From NCBI GenBank assembly GCA_963784045.1, contig CAWAPZ010000011.1:21939-85938 (forward strand): 64,000 nucleotides of DNA. The letters are read 5' to 3'. Position 1 is the first letter of the stretch. Every line of letters starts with the position of its first letter. Under the pieces are notes generated by a model, which saw only the letters and a program-made list of their open reading frames with translations, ran no database searches and had not been told where the DNA came from. Source of the DNA: Vicinamibacterales bacterium. Its GTDB lineage: Bacteria > Acidobacteriota > Vicinamibacteria > Vicinamibacterales > JAMQPK01. Both the position numbers and the translations under genes were made by a program. Shown one piece after another: positions 29,277 to 40,673 of the stretch.

Positions 29277-30989
29277 CTATTTGTCGATTGACGCGAACTT
29301 GTAGATGTTCACCACCCGCACCCGCGCGATCGGCTCGGCGTTGGCTGACTGGCTTCGGAAACGCTCGTCGTAGATCAGAGGCTCACTCGGAGTATCGAGC
29401 GCGAGATAGGGTTCATAACCCGAGGCGACAAGCCTCTCGATGGTGGCGTCGAGGGAGTTTCCTGGTATCTCGTCCCAGCGGATTGTTGGCCGGTTGCCAT
29501 ACAGTCGAATCGCGCCGCTGTGCAGGCTCGAGAGGACCACGGCGCGTTCTGACGTGTTTTGCCTGAACCAGTCGCCGACCAGCGCATATTTCGCCTCTTC
29601 CACACGGGTTCGGCCGATCCCCTCGCGCTGAAGGAATTGTTCCGAAACGAACCCGCTTATGAAGGCAATCGCGAACACGACCGCCGCCCGCCAAGCGTGT
29701 GTCGTCCGGAGGCTCAGGAACTGTGACAGCGCGCGGGCACACACGATCAGAACCAGGACCATCGTCGGCAGCAGAAAACGGGAAGAGTCCCAGTTGTCGA
29801 AGACAAGGTAAAACAGGTACGGAGCCGCGGCGGCGGCGGCGATCGCCGATAGTTCCCATGCCCGCCGATCCCGGCGAAGAAATACAAGAGCTCCTGGCCA
29901 TGCGAGCCAGAGCAGCGTCGAACGCGAGTAGATGAGCCATTTGCCGAAGTTCGAAAGGTTAGCCGCAATCCGCGGGAACGAGAGCTCGAACATGTGCGAC
30001 GCGCTTCCATATCCGGACATCGTCAGGGTTCCGTAAAGCGTCGCATTCAGCAGAACTTGCAGCAGCAGAAACACCAACGTGGTCGCGGCAGCTACCCATG
30101 CGCTGCGCGATTGCGTCTTGAGGAGATGGAGCAGCAGCCATACCAACACTGCGGGAAAGAGTACCGGACGCGTCAGCATGGCCATTCCGGCGCAAATGCC
30201 CGCCGCCATGTTCCACGGGAGGGAGTGCGCTCCTCGAGTGCCCTCAGGGTAGGGCGCGTTGCCGGTGTCCGCTGCGCAAATCGCGCCCAGCAGCCAGCAC
30301 GCGGCGGGCACATCGCTCATAGGCTGGACTGCCGACATTGCGAAGACCGGATCTACCGCGACAAGCGAGGCGGCAAACAAACCCGTCAAGCGATCGGACG
30401 ACCTGCGGCTAATGAGATACACGAGCGCGAGCGCAATATAGGCCATGACGAGCGGGACGAAGAATGGACCAGCCGGATGAAAGGCGGAAAACAGCGCCAT
30501 CAAGACGGGCAGTCCGATGGGGAAGCGGGGGACCGATGAGAATCCTTCGGTCGCCGGCACATGGCCGATCGGCGTAGCTGCCTTCAACGGATCGGGGAAG
30601 GGGAGGATGGACGCAAGCGGCAGCGGCTCGCTGAGACGCCCAGATGCTATGAGTCTGGCCGTACTGACATAACCATAGCTATCCAGGCCACCCGCGACAC
30701 GGACGTGAAACTGGGAGTAGGCCAGCACCGCTGCGACGATCAGTGCCAACAGGCCGCGCGTTGAAACGTAAGAAACGGCCTCGGCCAGGGCCGATGGGCG
30801 TGATTTCTGGTCGACGGCGCCGAGCGCGGCGCGTACGCTGAGGGAAAGCATCAGAGCCATCGCCGGCCGCAGCCAGTCATGCGCCCGAATCGACACCTGT
30901 GCGAGCTGGATGTCAATGCCGCCGATAGATGCGATGAGAATCAGCGTCGCCGCGGACAGGACGAGCACCGCATCAAGAGCGCGTTTCAT
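29277..30989 (-). CDS. GT-C fold membrane glycosyltransferase (ArnT/PMT, GT39/83-like)
   Basis: 570 aa with more than 10 TM segments, the N-terminal loop ..GLDSYGYVSTARL.. and a soluble C-terminal domain. Confidence 0.65.
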   Translation of the reverse strand: MKRALDAVLVLSAATLILIASIGGIDIQLAQVSIRAHDWLRPAMALMLSLSVRAALGAVDQKSRPSALAEAVSYVSTRGLLALIVAAVLAYSQFHVRVAGGLDSYGYVSTARLIASGRLSEPLPLASILPFPDPLKAATPIGHVPATEGFSSVPRFPIGLPVLMALFSAFHPAGPFFVPLVMAYIALALVYLISRRSSDRLTGLFAASLVAVDPVFAMSAVQPMSDVPAACWLLGAICAADTGNAPYPEGTRGAHSLPWNMAAGICAGMAMLTRPVLFPAVLVWLLLHLLKTQSRSAWVAAATTLVFLLLQVLLNATLYGTLTMSGYGSASHMFELSFPRIAANLSNFGKWLIYSRSTLLWLAWPGALVFLRRDRRAWELSAIAAAAAAPYLFYLVFDNWDSSRFLLPTMVLVLIVCARALSQFLSLRTTHAWRAAVVFAIAFISGFVSEQFLQREGIGRTRVEEAKYALVGDWFRQNTSERAVVLSSLHSGAIRLYGNRPTIRWDEIPGNSLDATIERLVASGYEPYLALDTPSEPLIYDERFRSQSANAEPIARVRVVNIYKFASIDK

Positions 30990-31383
30990 ACCGCTCAGCG
31001 ACTGATGCGGCTCGTTCGACCATTCGTTCTAAGCGAGGGATCGACGGAATTTTCGAGTCGTGCAATGTGGCAAGCCACGGCGGTCGCGATTATACGGCTC
31101 GATTCGTCTTAGCGCTGGACCAACGTCCCAACCGCCGATTACATCGCTGCGGCAGAGGCGGCGGTGGATGCCGATGGGTCCACTGGAGATCGCGGCTGAC
31201 ATCCCACGCCGCAACAAGAACGAGCTTGCCTATCGGTACGAACTCACGAGCTCGGCTCTTGACTGCGATGCGATCGAATGCGTCGCGCACGCCGACGCGC
31301 GCGCGCCGGGCACAACACATCCCTCAACGGTTCGTCACTGCCGCCGAGCTGTGCCGACGGGACTGAGGGTCAAGCGGAACTGC

Positions 31384-31419
31384 ATGCGGCGGCGGGGTAG
31401 CGCTGCCTCGCCGCCGCAT
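31384..31419 (-). terminator. 11-bp GC hairpin downstream of the bicupin gene
   Basis: atgcggcggcg (31384-31394) pairs with cgccgccgcat (31409-31419), about 20 nt after the stop at 31437. No U-tract. Confidence 0.4.
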
Positions 31420-31436
31420 ACTTCCATTAGCGGCTG

Positions 31437-32429
31437 CTACTGAGCGACAGGGTCGAAGTGCTCCGGGTTGTACCAGCCAATCGCAATCCGGCAGGAGCCA
31501 CCTGGCCCATGGTTGGCCATCGCGTGCAGCATGTAGGGTGGAGCGTACAGAACGTCGCCCTCGCTCGCGATGAACTGCCCCGCTTCGAACTTGGCGGAGA
31601 TCTGTCCGGTCAAGACGATCCACCACTCGACGTTATCGGGATGCATGTGACCGCCCGGAACACTCGGGTTGAGGGTGCCGATCTCGGGCGGCGCTGCACC
31701 TCGACCTCTGCCCCCCCGCCCGCGATTCGGATTGGCCGGATCGTTGGGGTCGGCAAATCCATAGTTGGCATTGGCATACATGTGTGGCGTGTTCACAAAC
31801 ACACCGCCCCCTCGGCCCGCTGCGATCGAGTCGTACAGGTTGAAGTGAGGCCTGTTGGGCGCCACATACGGGGTCGGAGTGCGTTCGTTGAACCTCGTCT
31901 TGGTCACCACTCGTCCGGGCAGCGCCGGCGGCGCGGGGCTTGTCGCAGGAAATACGGGCTCGTAGTGGGCGGCGTTCACCTCGATGAAGACAGCAGGTGC
32001 CGCGCCGACGACCTCGTACGAAAAGATGTTCCAAGACGGGACGTGGACCATCGAACCGCGCTTGGCAGTGAATGCTTCCTGGTTCTCTATCTGCCAGCGC
32101 ATCTCGCCTTCAAAGACCACGAAAAGCGTTGGCGTGGCAGGATGCAGGCGCGGGCTCAGCTTGGCGCCTGGAGCCATGGACACGTAGTCGGCGTGGGCCT
32201 CGCCGTCCGCAACGACTGTTTCCCTCCACGAACTCTGGCCCTTGTGTTTGGCCTTCATGTCCGAAAGTTTGGTGTGAGGCTTGTTGGGGGGCACATAGCC
32301 CTTGCCGCCCGGGGCCCTCTGGATCCAGAACTCCTGGGTGGTGGGCTTGGCCGTCGGTTGTTCCTGCGCGCTGAGCCACGCGCCCGCCGCCGCGACGAGG
32401 ACAAAGAGCGCAAGCAGCTGTTTCCTCAT
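31437..32429 (-). CDS. Secreted bicupin-like protein (paralog A)
   Basis: ATG 32429 follows GGAGGA. Signal peptide is MRKQLLALFVLVAAAGAWLSAQ. Two cupin-like halves carry FVVFEGEMRWQI and WWIVLTGQISAKF. It is clearly paralogous to 43088..44020. Confidence 0.75.
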   Translation of the reverse strand: MRKQLLALFVLVAAAGAWLSAQEQPTAKPTTQEFWIQRAPGGKGYVPPNKPHTKLSDMKAKHKGQSSWRETVVADGEAHADYVSMAPGAKLSPRLHPATPTLFVVFEGEMRWQIENQEAFTAKRGSMVHVPSWNIFSYEVVGAAPAVFIEVNAAHYEPVFPATSPAPPALPGRVVTKTRFNERTPTPYVAPNRPHFNLYDSIAAGRGGGVFVNTPHMYANANYGFADPNDPANPNRGRGGRGRGAAPPEIGTLNPSVPGGHMHPDNVEWWIVLTGQISAKFEAGQFIASEGDVLYAPPYMLHAMANHGPGGSCRIAIGWYNPEHFDPVAQ

Positions 32430-32590
32430 GTTTTCCTCCGTTATTCTGTGTGCGATGGCGCGCGAACCGTCGCCAGGTTGCGACGGAGTATAGCGAGGTC
32501 CCGACCACAAGTCGATGATCCCGGTTCATCTCACTGTGTGAAACGGACTCTCACAGTTCAATGGCGCTCGCCATCTGCATTATTCTGCTG

Positions 32591-33814
32591 ATGATGAAGA
32601 ACAAAGGCCCTGTATTCGCCGCGCTGCTTCTCAGCGTTACCACTCTGCACGCCGCAGACTGGCCGCAATGGCAGGGCCCCAATCGCTCGCGAGTGTCAAC
32701 GGAAACCGGCCTGCTGAAGGAATGGCCCAAGGCTGGGCCGGCAGTGGTATGGACCGCGACTGGAATCGGTGGCGGCTACGGCTCGATGGCGGTTGCGGGC
32801 GATCGTGTTTTTGTCCAAAGCACGCGCGGCCGCAACAGCATCGTCGTCGCACTCAATCGTGCGGATGGAAAAGAAGTCTGGTCCAAGGCGCTGGGTGCAA
32901 CCCAGAACGACGACCGGGGGCCGGGACCGCGCGGCACACCGACTGTCGACGGCGATCGCCTGTACGCGCTCAGCGAGAACGGCGACCTGATGTGCCTCGA
33001 CACGGACGGCAGGGTGGTGTGGCAGCGCAATATCCTCCGCGATTTTCGAGGACGGCAGCTCCAATGGCTGATCAGTGAGTCGCCGCTGGTGGACGGACCG
33101 CACGTCATCGTTTCTCCGGGCGGTCAAGGGGCCGGCATCGTGAAGCTCGACAAGATGACGGGAGCTACTGTCTGGACGTCGAAGGATCTCAGCGACTCCG
33201 CGGGGTATTCGTCGGTGATCGCCGCGGACGTGCAGGGAGTGCGCACGTATCTGACGTTCACGGAGTCGGCAGGCGTCGGTGTGCGCGCGTCCGACGGCAA
33301 GCTGATGTTCAGCTATCCGAACGCCGCGAATGGCGTGGCGAACGTTGCGACACCGATTTTCTCGAATAACAAAGTGTTCTTTACCTCCGCGTACGGCACC
33401 GGCGGCGGGCTTCTCGAGTTGACGGCGCAGAACGGGGAGGTCAAGGCTAAGGAGGTGTACTTCACGCGCAGCATGAACAACCACCACGGCGGGGTCGTCC
33501 TTGTGGACGGTTATCTCTACGGATTCAATGATTCAATCCTGACCTGCCTCGACTTTGCGACGGGCAAGATGATGTGGCGCGACCGCAGCGTCGGAAAAGG
33601 TTCGGTGACGTTCGCTGACGGCAATCTCTACATTCAGAGCGAGAACAACGTCGTGGGGCTGGCAGAAGCGACGCCGTCCGGCTACCGGGAGAAGGGGCGT
33701 TTCAGCATTCCCGACAAGGGTTATCCGAGTTGGGCCCACCCGGTGATCAGCGATGGCCGGCTGTACGTGCGTAATCAGGACACGCTGCTCGCGTATGACA
33801 TCAAGGCCCGATGA
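32591..33814 (+). CDS. PQQ-like beta-propeller repeat protein (secreted)
   Basis: MMKNKGPVFAALLLSVTTLHAADWPQWQGPNRS.. with repeated ..DGKEVW / DGRVVW / TGATVW / TGKMMW blades. The track ORF starts at 32561. Confidence 0.8.
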   Translation: MMKNKGPVFAALLLSVTTLHAADWPQWQGPNRSRVSTETGLLKEWPKAGPAVVWTATGIGGGYGSMAVAGDRVFVQSTRGRNSIVVALNRADGKEVWSKALGATQNDDRGPGPRGTPTVDGDRLYALSENGDLMCLDTDGRVVWQRNILRDFRGRQLQWLISESPLVDGPHVIVSPGGQGAGIVKLDKMTGATVWTSKDLSDSAGYSSVIAADVQGVRTYLTFTESAGVGVRASDGKLMFSYPNAANGVANVATPIFSNNKVFFTSAYGTGGGLLELTAQNGEVKAKEVYFTRSMNNHHGGVVLVDGYLYGFNDSILTCLDFATGKMMWRDRSVGKGSVTFADGNLYIQSENNVVGLAEATPSGYREKGRFSIPDKGYPSWAHPVISDGRLYVRNQDTLLAYDIKAR

Positions 33815-34120
33815 GTTCATGGGCTTCGGCCGCGGGTCGCGGGCGTGAAAGTCTATTCTTGGCCCCTCGCCACGTGGGAGCAGGTCGAGCTGCCGCACCG
33901 TAGGTAGTCCTCCTACATTTCGGCGTGGGTCGCTTGCAGCCTCGACTAGATCTCACAGCATTTTGGGAAGGTGATCACACGATGTCGCGATCGGTGTGCC
34001 GCATCTTCCACACATGTTCTGAAAATTCAACGGCGCGCAAATTGCGCGAGGAACGAGCGCGTCATCGACCCGTAAAAAACGCGGCGTGAGCCGCGCTGCT
34101 GGGGAGCCGGGCCGACGGCG

Positions 34121-34163
34121 CTTGAGGGGCATCGCCGGGGGGTGGCGATGCTCCTCCCTCAAG
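34121..34163 (-). terminator. Long hairpin about 45 nt downstream of the BON gene
   Basis: cttgaggg+gcatcgcc pairs with ggcgatgc+(tcct)+ccctcaag. No U-tract. Confidence 0.3.
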
Positions 34164-34207
34164 CACGGTCGGTTTCAGCCCATCCGCATCCGGGCCTCGT
34201 CGCACAT

Positions 34208-34552
34208 TCACTTCTTCGTGGTCGGAACCACAGCCAACTGATTCTCGATTTTGTAGCCTGTCGCGTGTTCCCGTGCGATTTGTTCGGCTTTCGTCTTCTG
34301 GGCTTCGGTCGGTACCGACCCGCGCAAGACAACGAGCTTCTTGTCTCCAAACGTGTCCACGTCAATAGCGCCCGCGTCAATGGTCTTGTCGGCGAGGATG
34401 GCTGTTTTCACGTCGAGAGTTTCCACCGCGCCTTTTACGGCGGTCGTATTGGCTTTGGTATCCGTGACGACGCCTGACGCTGTTGCATGACAGGCAGCGG
34501 CGGCGAGTGCCAGCGTGAGAGTAACCAGGGTGTATGCGATGTTGTGCTTCAT
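34208..34552 (-). CDS. BON domain lipoprotein (OsmY-like)
   Basis: Lipobox LALAAAAC. ..VKTAILADKTIDAGAIDVDTFGDKKLVVLRGSVPTEAQKTKAEQIA.. is a typical BON domain. Confidence 0.8.
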   Translation of the reverse strand: MKHNIAYTLVTLTLALAAAACHATASGVVTDTKANTTAVKGAVETLDVKTAILADKTIDAGAIDVDTFGDKKLVVLRGSVPTEAQKTKAEQIAREHATGYKIENQLAVVPTTKK

Positions 34553-34565
34553 GATGTCTCCCTTC

Positions 34566-34933
34566 CTAGTAAATGGTTCGGTTTAATGGCGTGGCAACCT
34601 GCACCACCCTTCGGCTGAAAGTCTGCCGGCCATCGATTGCTGACTCCGTAAGTATCAAGCCTTCCGCTTCCAGCATCGCGCGCAGCTCCTCGACGCGCCG
34701 GTAGAACGTGACGCGCCCATGTGGACTTCCGTGCGAAAGACCTGGCCGTTATGCGCAACGCGCAGCTCGAGGCCGACGTAGCCGACGGCCGCGTGGGCCT
34801 CGCGTTCGTGGCATGTGATTTCACGGTTGGGCTTCGTGACGCGCCAGAGCACGCAATCGCCCTGATGGCTGCGCTGGCCGTAGTGATCGGCGAGACCGGC
34901 AGCGAACGACTCCCACGTCGGATCGGTTGGCAT
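34566..34933 (-). pseudogene. Hypothetical protein, frameshifted (one base apparently missing) near 34713-34718
   Basis: ORF 34655..34933 reads sensibly up to ..GQVFRTEVHM. A different frame then continues as GRVTFYRRVEELRAMLEAEGLILTESAIDGRQTFSRRVVQVATPLNRTIY* (my translation). I recognise no family. Confidence 0.45.
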
Positions 34934-34952
34934 CGGATTCCTGTCCAGATGA

Positions 34953-35195
34953 CTACAGGAGCTTCTCGATGACCCTCAGCGCGACGAACCCGGCGACGAG
35001 GGCGCCGAGTACCCACAGCCCAATCGGAGACGCACTGCCGGTCAGCCACACGTGGCCGAACTCGATGACAGCGATTCCCGAGACGAACGCGAGGATGCTG
35101 AGGACGAAAAGGGATGTCCACAACGGCTTATTGAGCTGTAGGTGCACTATTGACACTCTCTGAAGAAACGCACGCGCTACGCTATATTCCCGCAA
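34953..35195 (-). CDS. Small two-TM membrane protein
   Basis: ..WTSLFVLSILAFVSGIAVIEF..PIGLWVLGALVAGFVALRVI. The start is uncertain. Confidence 0.4.
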   Translation of the reverse strand: MREYSVARAFLQRVSIVHLQLNKPLWTSLFVLSILAFVSGIAVIEFGHVWLTGSASPIGLWVLGALVAGFVALRVIEKLL

Positions 35196-35210
35196 CCCAC
35201 TGATTCTATT

Positions 35211-35286
35211 GTGGTGAGCCGCCTCGGAATCGAACCGAGAACCCGCAGATTAAGAGTCTGCTGCTCTGCCAATTGAGCTAGCGGCC
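35211..35286 (-). tRNA. tRNA-Lys (anticodon CTT)
   Basis: Reverse complement GGGCCGC TA GCTC AATTGGCA GAGC A GCAGA CTCTTAA TCTGC GGGTT CTCGG TTCGATT CCGAG GCGGCTC A CCA folds as a cloverleaf. CCA is encoded. Confidence 0.95.
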
Positions 35287-35304
35287 CACTTAGAAAAGTG
35301 TAAA

Positions 35305-35339
35305 GCACTTTTCACTTTCTACTTTTGACTTTCCACTTT
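35305..35339. repeat. Heptamer array in the tRNA-Lys/tRNA-Arg spacer (CACTTTY/GACTTTC x5)
   Basis: Units are cactttt cactttc tactttt gactttc cactttc, preceded by the 8-bp hairpin gaaaagtg-taaag-cacttttc (35292-35312). Confidence 0.8.
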
Positions 35340-35344
35340 CAGTT

Positions 35345-35421
35345 TGGTGCGCCCGACAGGATTCGAACCTGTGGCCTACAGCTCCGGAGGCTGTCGCTCT
35401 ATCCAGCTGAGCTACGGGCGC
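35345..35421 (-). tRNA. tRNA-Arg (anticodon CCG)
   Basis: Reverse complement GCGCCCG TA GCTC AGCTGGATA GAGC G ACAGC CTCCGGA GCTGT AGGCC ACAGG TTCGAAT CCTGT CGGGCGC A CCA. Confidence 0.95.
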
Positions 35422-35435
35422 GTTCGAACTCGTCC

Positions 35436-35463
35436 CACTTTCTACTTTCTGTTTTCAGAAAGT
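35436..35463. repeat. Heptamer array in the tRNA-Arg/tRNA-Arg spacer (CACTTTC-type)
   Basis: Units are cactttc tactttc tgttttc agaaagt. This is the same unit family as 35305-35339. Confidence 0.65.
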
Positions 35464-35537
35464 GCGCCCGGCAGGACTCGAACCTGCGGCCTACTGGTTC
35501 GAAGCCAGTCGCTCTATCCAACTGAGCTACGGGCGCG
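35463..35537 (-). tRNA. tRNA-Arg (anticodon TCG)
   Basis: Reverse complement GCGCCCG TA GCTC AGTTGGATA GAGC G ACTGG CTTCGAA CCAGT AGGCC GCAGG TTCGAGT CCTGC CGGGCGC A. CCA is not encoded. Confidence 0.9.
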
Positions 35538-35580
35538 CACTCGGACCAAAAATCATATCACGTGCGAGCTCTCGCCGCCT

Positions 35581-38615
<3,035 letters not shown>

Positions 38616-38672
38616 TCCATCGTCGATCGTCCGTGGACGCCGGCCGCTCGAGTCGCGGTAACATTCTCCGAA

Positions 38673-40673
38673 GTGTCTAAGAATCCATTGTCGGCGCCAT
38701 GGCCGGGACCCTACGGGGGGGTTCCGCCGTGGGATCGTATGGCGCCCGAGTTGTTTCCCGGCGCGTTCGAGGAAGCGCTCGCCGAACGGCGCGTCGAGAT
38801 CGACGCCATCGTCGCGACGACCGATCCACCTACCTTTGAGAACACGATTGCGGCGATGGAACGAGCCGGCCGCATGCTCGATCGCGTCGATCGCATGTTC
38901 GGTGTCGCGCGCGAGAGCGTTACCAACACCGCGTATCAAGCGCTCGAGCGCGAGTGGCAGCCAAAGCTGTCTGAAGCGGCTGATGCCATTCTCTTCAATC
39001 AAGGATTGTTCAAGCGCATCAGCGTCGTCTACGAGTCGCTGGCCGATTCCAATCTGCAGCCCGATCAGGTTCGCGTGGTCACCCGCATATACGAGCAATT
39101 CGTGCGCGGCGGCGCGCAGCTGAATGCGGCAGACAAACAGCGCCTTTCGGACATCAACCAGCAGCTCGCCGCCATGTTCGCCGAGTTCCGTGCCAAGGTC
39201 CTGGCTGATGAGAACACCTCCACGGTCGCAGAAGGCGGCCAGGCGATCGTCAACACGCGGTCGAGCGTCGATCCCTTTCTCACACTTTCCCCGCGGCGCG
39301 ATCTCCGCGAGATCGTCTGGAAGAAATTCAAGAACCGCGGCGCCAACGCGGACGCAAACGACACGACGGCGACGATTACGGATATCGTGCGGCTGCGCGC
39401 CGAGCGCGCCAGGCTGCTCGGATATCAGAGCCACGCGCATTGGCGAATGATGGATACGATGGCGGCCCATCCGGAAACGGCGCAGCGTTTCCTGTTGAAG
39501 ATTTGGCCGTCCGTTGTCACGCAGGTCAAGGCCGAGGTCGCCCAGATGCAGGCGATCGCCGATCGCGACGATCCGCCGGTGACCATCGAGCCCTGGGATT
39601 TCCTGTACTACGCCGAGAAAGTGCGCAAGGCGAGATACGACCTCGACGACGCCGAAATCAAGCCGTACTTCGTGCTCGATAATCTGGTGGCGTCAGCGTT
39701 GTGGTCGGCCGAGCGCCGGTTCGGCATTGCGTTCCAGGAGATTACCGGCAGTGTCCCGGTGTTTCATCCCGACGTGCGCGCGTGGAACGTCGTTGATATG
39801 GGCACCGGCCGGCATCGCGCCGTTCTGTATCTGGATAATTTTGCCAGGGCCGGCAAGCGATCAGGCGCGTGGGAAACCACCTACCGATCGCAGCATGCGA
39901 TCGACGAGCCGGTCACGGCGATCGCTTCGATCAACAACAATTTCGTGAAGGCCGAGCCAGGCACGCCCACGCTGATATCGCTGGAGGACGCGAAGACGCT
40001 CTTTCATGAGTTCGGTCACGCGCTGCACAGCATGTTGCAGGGCATCCGATATCCCACCCTGGACACGACGCCGCTCGACTATGTGGAGCTGCCGTCGCAA
40101 CTCAACGAAAGATGGTTGCTCGACCGCGAGCTCCTCGACCGCTTTGCGCGGCACTACCAGACCGGCGAGCCGATTCCACAGGCGCTCGTCGACAAGATCG
40201 AGCGTGCGAGAAGATTCAACCAGGGATACTCGACCCTCGAGTACCTGGCGGCCGCCATCGTCGACATGGATCTCCATACGCGTTCCAACGGCGTCGATGA
40301 CATCGCGGCATTCGAGCGCGAGGCGCTGGCGCGCGTCGGCGGCATGCCGCGCCAAGTCGCCCTGCGGCATCGCCTTCCGCATTTCGATCATCTGTTCGGC
40401 GACGATATGTACTCCGCCGGCTACTACAGTTATCTCTGGTCGGACGTGATGGCGGCGGATGCCTGGCAGGCCTTCGTGGAGGCCGGCGGGCCCTGGGACT
40501 CCGGAGTCAACGATCGATTGCGCACCCACATCCTGTCCGACGGCAACTCGATCGATCGCGCCGAAGCCTATCGGCGTTTCCGCGGCCGCGATCCGGACGT
40601 CCGCGCGCTTCTCGAGGCGCGCGGCTTCTACGCCGCTGAGGCCGTTGAGACCGCTCGCACCGCTGATCATTGA
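38673..40673 (+). CDS. dcp: M3-family metallopeptidase (peptidyl-dipeptidase Dcp-like)
   Basis: 666 aa with the HEFGHALH zinc motif and M3 architecture. Confidence 0.85.
   Translation: MSKNPLSAPWPGPYGGVPPWDRMAPELFPGAFEEALAERRVEIDAIVATTDPPTFENTIAAMERAGRMLDRVDRMFGVARESVTNTAYQALEREWQPKLSEAADAILFNQGLFKRISVVYESLADSNLQPDQVRVVTRIYEQFVRGGAQLNAADKQRLSDINQQLAAMFAEFRAKVLADENTSTVAEGGQAIVNTRSSVDPFLTLSPRRDLREIVWKKFKNRGANADANDTTATITDIVRLRAERARLLGYQSHAHWRMMDTMAAHPETAQRFLLKIWPSVVTQVKAEVAQMQAIADRDDPPVTIEPWDFLYYAEKVRKARYDLDDAEIKPYFVLDNLVASALWSAERRFGIAFQEITGSVPVFHPDVRAWNVVDMGTGRHRAVLYLDNFARAGKRSGAWETTYRSQHAIDEPVTAIASINNNFVKAEPGTPTLISLEDAKTLFHEFGHALHSMLQGIRYPTLDTTPLDYVELPSQLNERWLLDRELLDRFARHYQTGEPIPQALVDKIERARRFNQGYSTLEYLAAAIVDMDLHTRSNGVDDIAAFEREALARVGGMPRQVALRHRLPHFDHLFGDDMYSAGYYSYLWSDVMAADAWQAFVEAGGPWDSGVNDRLRTHILSDGNSIDRAEAYRRFRGRDPDVRALLEARGFYAAEAVETARTADH

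Noticed and set aside
31000-31383. Possible gene in the 450-nt gap upstream of the GT39-like gene (ORFs 31060..31443 and 31067..31366)
   Set aside because: The translations are Arg/Cys/Ser-rich with no motifs, and the ORFs overlap the terminator-like hairpin. I treat it as non-coding promoter or leader sequence, though it is unverified.
35211-35537. Genomic island or prophage integrated at the tRNA cluster
   Set aside because: There is no integrase, no direct repeat of a tRNA 3' end flanking foreign genes here, and both flanks are ordinary chromosomal genes.
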